Below are positions 57,421 to 64,000 of a DNA stretch of 64,000 nucleotides, in pieces. The position numbers and the translations under genes are program-made. The notes below the pieces were generated by a model that saw only the letters and a program-made list of their open reading frames with translations, was not told the DNA's origin and made no database searches. The DNA comes from an uncultured Acidobacteriota bacterium (GTDB lineage Bacteria; Acidobacteriota; Terriglobia; Terriglobales; Acidobacteriaceae). Position 1 is the stretch's first letter, and every line of letters begins with the position of its first letter. The stretch is from positions 390,763-454,762 of the forward strand of contig CAVXPP010000002.1 in the NCBI GenBank assembly GCA_963763795.1, read 5' to 3'.

Positions 57421-58151
57421 CTATCGCCGATGATTGCGGCGCGCCCGAGGCCGCGCCCCTGCCGTCGCCGGCGGCGCCCCAATGGCTCGCTGCAACATCG
57501 CGAGAAACTGCTGGATTCTCGCCTCTTTTTTTCGGCCAGTTCTCCTTGGCGACGGAAGAGTCCGGGATCGAGTTCGGCCGTCAGGAGCGCATCCTGAAAC
57601 CGTTCCACCATCCAATCGATGATGGAAACCATCATCTCCAGATCGAGATCGTCGCGCAACTCGCCCCGCTCGAGTCCGAAGCGGACAAAGCTGACGGTGC
57701 CATAGGGATCTTCGCTGATGAGAAAGCGGTTGATCTCGCGCTTCAGGACCAGGTCGGTGCCGTAATTGCCGAGAAGAGAGATGCGGTAAGGGATCCAGTC
57801 TTCGTGCACCAGGTGCTCGGTACAGGCCAGCCAGTAGCGCAGCACCTCGAAAAATCCAGCCTGCCTGAATTCCGCGGGCGCGTCGAGGTATTTGGCAAGG
57901 GAGCGGACGGCCTGCTTATAGACTTCGAAAAATAATCCGTCTTTGCTGCCGAAGTGTTGAAAGACGGAACCCTTGGCGATGCCTAAGGCGGCGGCGATGT
58001 CGCCAACCCGCGCGTCATGATAGCCATGCTCCGCGAAATGTTTGGTAGCGACGTCGATGATCCTGCTGCGCTTGGCTTCGGAGCGAGGGCGCAATTTGCT
58101 CTGACGCTGGTAAAGCGGCGGCGCAACCCGATTGCTGGCGATTCCCGGCAT
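57421..58151 (-). CDS. TetR-family regulator, whose reading frame runs into the Rieske gene as sequenced (probable 1-nt homopolymer frameshift)
   Basis: HTH RIIDVATKHFAEHGYHDARVGDIAAALGIAKGSVFQHF. After ...GELAEKK the frame crosses an A7 run (T7 at 57526..57532 on the + strand). One extra A would give EARIQQFLAMLQRAIGAP... ending at the stop at 57421..57423. Confidence 0.75.
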
Positions 58152-58157
58152 AGATAA

Positions 58158-58170
58158 TGACTAACAGTCA
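58158..58170. promoter_or_regulatory. Candidate TetR operator TGACT-AAC-AGTCA
   Basis: 13-nt palindrome in the 104-nt divergent intergenic region, 7 nt from the TetR start codon. Confidence 0.3.
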
Positions 58171-58255
58171 CGAAAGAATACAACAGAAAGATTGGGTCAT
58201 CAACTTCATTTTTGTTAGCTTCTGCGGTAATGTAGTTCGATTCGGTGCTGTTGTT

Positions 58256-59902
58256 ATGACTTCAGGTCATCTCCACCAGAAAGATTCCAGTCATGTGTAC
58301 GACGCCATTATCGTCGGCGCCGGCCACAACGGATTGACGGCGGCTGCATACTTAGCGCGCGCCGGACTCTCTACGCTTGTGCTGGAGCGCCGCGATATTG
58401 TCGGCGGATGCTGCGTCACCGAAGAAATCGCGCCCGGTTGCCGGGTTTCGACGACTTCGTACATCGCGAGCATGTTGCGACCCGAGGTGATCTCCGAGTT
58501 GCGCCTGGCGGATCACGGGCTGCGCATCATTCCATGCGATCCCGCGATTCAGGTTCCCTTCCCTGACGGCCACGTGGTTCCGTGGTGGGCGGATCGCGAT
58601 CGGGCTAAGCAAGAGTTTTCGAAGATATCGGCGAAGGATGCAGCGCGCTTCGTCGAAGTCGACGATCAACTGAAAAGACTCGCGCGCTACCTGCAGCCCT
58701 TCTTCATGGAGCCTCCGCCGGAGATCGACACTTCGAGCCTGAAAGGATGGAGCGATCTGTTTCGAGCGGGCAAGCGCTTTCGCCGCATTTCCAGCGCGGA
58801 AATTTCGCAACTGGTTTCGTTCCTGACCGGCAGTCTGGGCGAATTCCTCGACCAGAATTACGAGTCCGACAAAATGAAGACCATGTTCCTGGCCAACAAT
58901 GTTTACGGGAAACATGGCGGCCCTTATCAGCCCGGAACCGCGATCGGGCTTTTGTTTCATCTTTTGAGTGGCGGCGAGCACGAACTGCAAGGCTTCTACG
59001 GGCATGTCATGGGCGGCATGGGATCGATCACGCAGGCTCTGGCCGCGGCTGGGAAAAAGCTAGGAGTGGAGATCCGCACGGGCGCATCCGTCGCCCGCAT
59101 CGACGTGCGGAACGGCCGCGCGAGCCGAGTCGTGCTGGAAGATGGCACGGAACTTCGCGCCCGCATGGTGCTTTCGAATGCCGATCCCAAACGAACTTTT
59201 CTGAAGATGCTCGACGCCAAGGATCTTCCCGAAGAATTCCTGTTCGCCGTGCGGGGAATCAAGATGCAGGGACCGTGCGCGAAGGTCAACATGGTGCTCG
59301 CAGAGGAGCCGGAGTTTACGGGAACGTCGGCGCAGGCCACGGCTCTGCAGCGCACCTTTTATACGCTGGTGCCATCGCTGGAATTTGCGGAGCGCTGCTA
59401 CGACATCGCCAAGTTCGGCGAGATCCCTGAGGAACTCTGGGTCGATTGCGTGGTCTCCTCGAATGCCGACGACTCGCTGGCGCCTCCGGGCAAACATATT
59501 CTGACCTGCTTCGTGCAGTACGTGCCTTATCACTTGAGCGAAGGCAATTGGGACGAGAAGCGTGAACTGCTGGGCGATCGCGTGGTCAAGAAAATCGCGG
59601 AGTACGCGCCGAACGTTCCGGGCGCGATCGTGGCCCGGCAAGTCCTGACTCCGCTCGACCTGGAGCGCACGTACGGATTGACCGAGGGCAACATTTTTCA
59701 CGGGGATCTAAGGCTGGAGCAACTTTTTTTTATGCGTCCGGTTCCGGGTTGGTCGCAGTACCGGACACCGATCGATGGACTCTATTTGTGTGGAGCGGGA
59801 GCGCATCCCGGCGGCGGCGTGACCGGCGCGCCCGGCCGCAATGCCGCGCATCAGGCATTACGCGATTGGAAAAAAGGACGATTCCGGGAGGCGGCGGCAT
59901 GA
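58256..59902 (+). CDS. FAD/NAD(P)-binding oxidoreductase of the phytoene-desaturase (CrtI)-like family
   Basis: YDAIIVGAGHNGLTAAAYLARAGLSTLVLERRDIVGG dinucleotide fold. C-terminal LYLCGAGAHPGGGVTG. Contains a T9 run at 59728..59736, in frame. Confidence 0.85.
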   Translation: MTSGHLHQKDSSHVYDAIIVGAGHNGLTAAAYLARAGLSTLVLERRDIVGGCCVTEEIAPGCRVSTTSYIASMLRPEVISELRLADHGLRIIPCDPAIQVPFPDGHVVPWWADRDRAKQEFSKISAKDAARFVEVDDQLKRLARYLQPFFMEPPPEIDTSSLKGWSDLFRAGKRFRRISSAEISQLVSFLTGSLGEFLDQNYESDKMKTMFLANNVYGKHGGPYQPGTAIGLLFHLLSGGEHELQGFYGHVMGGMGSITQALAAAGKKLGVEIRTGASVARIDVRNGRASRVVLEDGTELRARMVLSNADPKRTFLKMLDAKDLPEEFLFAVRGIKMQGPCAKVNMVLAEEPEFTGTSAQATALQRTFYTLVPSLEFAERCYDIAKFGEIPEELWVDCVVSSNADDSLAPPGKHILTCFVQYVPYHLSEGNWDEKRELLGDRVVKKIAEYAPNVPGAIVARQVLTPLDLERTYGLTEGNIFHGDLRLEQLFFMRPVPGWSQYRTPIDGLYLCGAGAHPGGGVTGAPGRNAAHQALRDWKKGRFREAAA

Positions 59903-61092
59903 ATTACGCGAACGGCCAATCGTTGCTTCCCAAAACCGCTGACGTCGTGATCATTGGCGCAGGAGTCATGGGCGCGTCCATCGCATTTCATCTGGCGCAA
60001 CGCAATGCCGGCAGAATCGTCATTCTCGATAAAGATCACGTTGGACGCGGCGGCAGTGGTCGATCGTCCGCGCTGGTTCGCATGCACTACAGTTTTCCGC
60101 CGGAGGTGCAACTCGCGCTCATCAGCTTGCGCATGTTTCAGAACTGGCAGGAAATCGTGGGCGCACCCGGGGATTTTCGCCGCACCGGGTTCGTGCGCAT
60201 CGTGCATCCGAACGAGACTGCGCGGCTGAAGCTGAACGTCGAGATGCAGGGCAAACTTGGCGCCAACGTGCAATTGATCGACAAACATCAATTGCAGGAA
60301 TTGGAACCTGACTGGAAAGTGGATGATGTTGAACTCGCGGCCTACGAACCGGATTCCGGGTACGGCGACGGCGCCGGAGTAGCCGGCGATTTTCTCGCCG
60401 GTGCTCGAAATCGCGGAGCGGATTATTTTTCGCGCACCCAGGTGAAGTCGATTCTCCACCAAGGGGGTAGGACCGTCGGCGTCGAAACCGATCGTGGCAC
60501 GATTTCATCGCCGATGGTGATTGTTGCCATGGGACCATGGACGCGCCGTCTTCTTCAAACGGCGGGCTACGACGCGCCGATCGAATGTGAGTATCATCAG
60601 GTTGCGATTCTGCGGAATGCGCCCAACATGAAAGGCGGCGGTTGCGCCTGCATCGATTCGGTGACCGCAACTTATTTTCGCTCCGATGCGCACGATAAAT
60701 TCCTGGTAGGCGACTTCTATGGCAACCGCCCGGTGGATCCCGACAATTTTCCGCAGCGCGCTTCCGACGACTCGCTCGAAGAAATCATCGAGCGCGCCTG
60801 CCGCCGTGTCCCCAAACTGGAAGGCGCGGAGGTCATGCGCGGCATCACCGGCGTTTACGATATGACGCCTGACTCTCGACCGCTGCTGGGAAAGATTCCG
60901 GGCGTGGACGGCCAGTTCGTCTGCGCCGGATTTTCCGGTATGGGCTTCAAGATTTCCCCCGCGATTGGCCTGGTCATGAGCGAGCTTGTGCTGGATGGCA
61001 AAGCGACAAGCGTCGATATCAGCGCTTTCCATCCCAATCGTTTTGCGGAACACCGCCCCATCCAGGCGGAGTACGAATATGTGGATGACTAA
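59899..61092 (+). CDS. FAD-dependent oxidoreductase, DAO family (sarcosine/dimethylglycine-oxidase-like)
   Basis: ATGA overlap with the upstream gene. DVVIIGAGVMGASIAFHLA, GRGGSGRSSA and C-terminal GFSGMGFK. Confidence 0.85.
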   Translation: MNYANGQSLLPKTADVVIIGAGVMGASIAFHLAQRNAGRIVILDKDHVGRGGSGRSSALVRMHYSFPPEVQLALISLRMFQNWQEIVGAPGDFRRTGFVRIVHPNETARLKLNVEMQGKLGANVQLIDKHQLQELEPDWKVDDVELAAYEPDSGYGDGAGVAGDFLAGARNRGADYFSRTQVKSILHQGGRTVGVETDRGTISSPMVIVAMGPWTRRLLQTAGYDAPIECEYHQVAILRNAPNMKGGGCACIDSVTATYFRSDAHDKFLVGDFYGNRPVDPDNFPQRASDDSLEEIIERACRRVPKLEGAEVMRGITGVYDMTPDSRPLLGKIPGVDGQFVCAGFSGMGFKISPAIGLVMSELVLDGKATSVDISAFHPNRFAEHRPIQAEYEYVDD

Positions 61093-61110
61093 CGTTTCTC
61101 AGGAGCCAGC

Positions 61111-62112
61111 ATGAAAAAGAAGGGCATTCTAGAACGGCTGAAGGATGGTCCCGTGCTCGGCGACGGCGGCTATTTACTCGAACTCGAAAAACGCGGATGG
61201 GTGCGAGCGGGTCCGTTCACGCCGGAAGTTGCGCTGACCCATCCTAACGCGCTGCGCGAACTGCATGTGGAATTTCGCGAAGCCGGCGCCGAGGTGCTGC
61301 AAGCGCTCACATTTTATGCCAGCCGCGACAAACTGGCGACCGTGGGACTCGAGGATCGTCTCGAAGAGCTCAATCGTTCCGCTGTCCGCGTGGCCCGCGA
61401 GGTCGCAGGCGACCAGTGTTTAGTCGCTGGCAATCTCAGCCTGACCTGGATGTACGAGCCGGGCAGCGCGTCCTCGGCCGATCGTGTCCGCAAAACGTTC
61501 GACGAGCAACTGGCGGTGCAGGTTGATGAAGGCGTGGACTTCATCATTGGGGAAACTTTTTCGTGGCTGGGCGAGGCCTTGCTCGCCGTGGAACGCGGCA
61601 AGAAGACGGGCCTTCCAACGATGGTCACGATCTGCTTCGAGAATAAGGATGAAACCGCCGAGGGCAACAGCGCAGCCGATGCGGCCAAGGCATTGTTCGA
61701 TGCCGGAGCCGATATCGTCGGCATGAATTGCCTGCGGCCGCCCGAGCATATCCTCGGCCCGATGGAGCAGATGCGCAAAGCGGTTTCGGGATATCTTGCG
61801 TGTCAGCCGGTCGCATACCGCACTCCGACAGACAAGCCGGATTTCACCAGCCTTCCGGAATTTCCCTACGCGTTGGATCCACTGCAACTGACGCGCAAGG
61901 AGATGGCGGACTATGCCCTGCAGGCGCGCGACATAGGCATCAACTACATCGGGGCGTGCTGCGGAACGGTAGCCATGCACATTCGGGAGATGGCTCGTGT
62001 GCTCGACAAACTGCCCGAGGACTCTCGCATCTGGAAAAAAGGTGGCGAGAAGCCGATGTCAGCGTACGAGTATTACGATCATGACAAGCAGAGCGTTGGA
62101 GGCGCGAAGTAG
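61111..62112 (+). CDS. Homocysteine S-methyltransferase-domain protein (betaine-homocysteine methyltransferase-like)
   Basis: GPVLGDGGY, FTPE, MNC and the IGACCGT zinc-ligand cysteines. Confidence 0.8.
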   Translation: MKKKGILERLKDGPVLGDGGYLLELEKRGWVRAGPFTPEVALTHPNALRELHVEFREAGAEVLQALTFYASRDKLATVGLEDRLEELNRSAVRVAREVAGDQCLVAGNLSLTWMYEPGSASSADRVRKTFDEQLAVQVDEGVDFIIGETFSWLGEALLAVERGKKTGLPTMVTICFENKDETAEGNSAADAAKALFDAGADIVGMNCLRPPEHILGPMEQMRKAVSGYLACQPVAYRTPTDKPDFTSLPEFPYALDPLQLTRKEMADYALQARDIGINYIGACCGTVAMHIREMARVLDKLPEDSRIWKKGGEKPMSAYEYYDHDKQSVGGAK

Positions 62113-62136
62113 TTTCGCGATCTGTAAATGGATCAC

Positions 62137-62165
62137 GCGGGCCCGAGAACCGGGCCCGCATTTTC
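62137..62165. terminator. Hairpin terminator between convergent genes
   Basis: gcgggccc-gagaacc-gggcccgc followed by attttc. Confidence 0.55.
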
Positions 62166-62178
62166 AAACAAACGAACT

Positions 62179-62799
62179 TCAGCCCGCTTTGCGCATTCCC
62201 GGATCCTGCGCGTGAACCAGCGGCATCTCCACCAGATGCTCGCTAAGAAACCATACCTGCAATTCGTTGGTGCGGAGTACGTCGCTGACTACCATATCGT
62301 TGGTGCCGGCATCTTCCAGTTCATTGGCGCGTTCCGCCAGCTTCCGGCAGCTTCCGAGGATGAGTTGATGCGCGTCCAGAAGCCGCGAGATCTGTACGGG
62401 CACTTCTTCCCGGCCGCGCGGCGGACGCTCGATGTGTGTCGTCTCGGCAATGTCTGCGGCCATGGCCAGCGAAACTCCCCCAAGCAACTGAATTCTTTCG
62501 GCGATCTTATCGACCAACTCGACCTGCTCGTTGTGGTGCTTATCAAACAGAAGATGCAGTTGATAGAACGTGGGTCCCGCGACTTGCCAGTGCGACTTCT
62601 TGTATAGGTCGCGCAAGGTCATCGTGTCGGCGAGCAACTGATTCAACTGCTCGGTCATTTCCAAACGTACGGGCTCGTCCAAATCCAGCGGCAGGGCGTG
62701 GGAAACGGTGCCATACGCCTGAATCTCCGCAGCATGTTGATGAATTCTGGGTTGCGAATTGAGGGTGGTCGGTCGGCTTGCGACTTGTTTCTTCGGCAT
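62179..62799 (-). CDS. dps: Dps-family DNA-protection/ferroxidase protein with N-terminal tail
   Basis: LYKKSHWQVAGPTFYQLHLLFDKH ... ERIQLLGG ... DDAGTNDM-type ferroxidase residues. Confidence 0.9.
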   Translation of the reverse strand: MPKKQVASRPTTLNSQPRIHQHAAEIQAYGTVSHALPLDLDEPVRLEMTEQLNQLLADTMTLRDLYKKSHWQVAGPTFYQLHLLFDKHHNEQVELVDKIAERIQLLGGVSLAMAADIAETTHIERPPRGREEVPVQISRLLDAHQLILGSCRKLAERANELEDAGTNDMVVSDVLRTNELQVWFLSEHLVEMPLVHAQDPGMRKAG

Positions 62800-63209
62800 C
62801 GAAAACCTCCTTATTGCAGATCTGAAGTTGCCTCTGGCGTGTTCTGAGAAGGCAGGGACGATCTTGGCAATACGCGTTGGATGCTGCGTGAGCGGATAGG
62901 ATGCTAGCAGTCGGCTCGGTCAGAGAAATACAGAATCGGCAGCGACCGTTTTCTGACCGTGTGGGAATCGGAGGAACTTGGCGAAGATTCAGCTATACAT
63001 CGAGCGTTGTTGCGTCGAGGTCCGGAGCCGCAACCAGCTACCGTTCTGTTCGGTCAACGTAGCCAGCGTTGACTGCATTGTCTGCTCCATTTTCTAGCGC
63101 TTTGACTTGGAATGGAAAATCATCCCCTTGAGCTATTTACATAAGCAGCTTGACGTCCCGCCCGCTTCTGCACGTTTGACGCCCCCGCGGGCGATTGCTA
63201 TGATGACAG

Positions 63210-63286
<77 letters not shown>

Positions 63287-63330
63287 ACCTAAGCCTCCAC
63301 AAATTCAGTAATTCCACAGATTCTCTCTCG

Positions 63331-63352
63331 AAACTGAATGAAAACTGAATGA
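63331..63352 (+). repeat. Tandem 2 x 11-nt repeat AAACTGAATGA between tRNA and integrase
   Basis: Two perfect adjacent copies. An inverted ACTGAAT core is also present at 63303..63309. Confidence 0.8.
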
Positions 63353-63467
63353 ATGATCTGCTAGACTCTCCGAAACAGAGAGTTCGCCTGAGTAGGGCCG
63401 TTTGTCAGTTTCGGCTCTTCAGGTTACAAAGAGCTGCTCTCCAAACTCGATCTGTGGAGTTGAGTCG

Positions 63468-64000
63468 ATGGGGTCCATTTCGATCGGTCTAAACGCAGCG
63501 GCCGAGGGCAATCCGCCAACCTCTCTTTCCACCCAAACTGTTACCGTCTACACGCGCCACAGCGAATCCTGCCCAAAGAACGGCGAGCCGTATTGGAAGC
63601 GCTGCCATTGCATGAAGTACCTCTACGTATATAGGGAGAATACTTCGCGGCAGGTCAGCGCAAAAACACGTAGTTGGGAAAGGGCGGAAGAGCGGGCACA
63701 GGAAATCCGCGACTCCTGGAGTCCCGTGAAGGCGCTTCAGCGCGCACTGGAAGAAAAAGTCCGAAAGAGCGAGGCGCGCGAGGTACTGATCTCGGATGCT
63801 GTTGCGCTGTTTTTGAAAGAAGTGGAACGTCTGAACCGCGAAGAGGCCACCCGAGCGAAATATCGCTTGACACTGGAAGATCGACTCTTGAACTGGTGTG
63901 CGCAACAGAAGCCCCCGGTTGCTCGCCTTTCCGAGTTGGACGTCGAGACCATGCGCCGGTGGATCCACTCGTGGCCCGGTGCGCCCACCACCCGGCACAA
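63468..64000 (+). CDS. int: Tyrosine recombinase / phage-type integrase, N-terminal part (runs off window)
   Basis: My own translation from the ATG at 63468 is MGSISIGLNAAAEGNPPTSLSTQTVTVYTRHSESCPKNGEPYWKRCHCMKYLYVYRENTSRQVSAKTRSWERAEERAQEIRDSW...DAVALFLKEVERLNREEATRAKYRLTLEDRLLNWC.... It remains open to the window end. The layout is a Cys-rich arm-type N-terminus followed by a SAM-like core-binding domain, next to a tRNA gene. The catalytic domain is not visible. Confidence 0.7.
   Translation, partial: MGSISIGLNAAAEGNPPTSLSTQTVTVYTRHSESCPKNGEPYWKRCHCMKYLYVYRENTSRQVSAKTRSWERAEERAQEIRDSWSPVKALQRALEEKVRKSEAREVLISDAVALFLKEVERLNREEATRAKYRLTLEDRLLNWCAQQKPPVARLSELDVETMRRWIHSWPGAPTTRH

Noticed and set aside
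56268-58151. Treating the 627-aa ORF as one genuine TetR-Rieske fusion protein
   Set aside because: The junction is junk-like sequence that begins exactly at an A7 run. A one-base correction gives two normal genes with a stop and a Met 22 nt apart. I kept it as a finding rather than calling a fusion.

Overview
This is a GC-rich bacterial chromosomal segment, by eye in the high-50s % GC. I infer, without proof, that it comes from an Acidobacteriota (Terriglobia-like) genome. The grounds are a CarboxypepD_reg-type TonB-dependent receptor, a PEP-CTERM protein, many PilZ/GAF proteins and dense REP-like intergenic repeats.

The housekeeping core consists of murB, a family-5-like uracil-DNA glycosylase, the classic tig-clpP-clpX-lon block, engB, an SDR sugar epimerase, a WecA/MraY-family transferase, an L,D-transpeptidase, an SPFH protein, a ferredoxin and Dps.

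Accessory or regulatory content:
- A YtrA-type GntR/ABC/membrane-protein operon bracketed by inverted copies of a 40-nt repeat.
- Five PilZ-domain proteins and three paralogous GAF modules. One is an unusual GAF-TM-AMIN-amidase fusion and another is a PilZ-GAF-TM-Sel1 protein that sits 14 nt upstream of an AmmeMemoRadiSam-type radical SAM gene.
- A large TonB-dependent receptor gene broken by at least four frameshifts.
- A bacterial G1 (eqolisin-like) peptidase flanked by direct repeats.
- A VapBC module.
- An unannotated 25-aa PqqA-like peptide gene with no pqqBCDE nearby.
- A five-gene string: hypothetical, family-5 SBP, histidine kinase, sigma54 (NtrC-type) regulator, CocE/NonD hydrolase.
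- A TetR / Rieske oxygenase / two FAD oxidoreductases / homocysteine S-methyltransferase cluster that looks like methylated-amine (betaine-type) catabolism. As sequenced, the TetR gene is fused in frame to the Rieske gene through an A7 homopolymer.
- An initiator-like tRNA-Met followed by a tyrosine integrase that runs off the window end. This is probably the left edge of an integrated element.

I found no CRISPR array, no rRNA and no complete mobile element inside the window. All calls come from reading the translations and sequence by eye, with no database searches.
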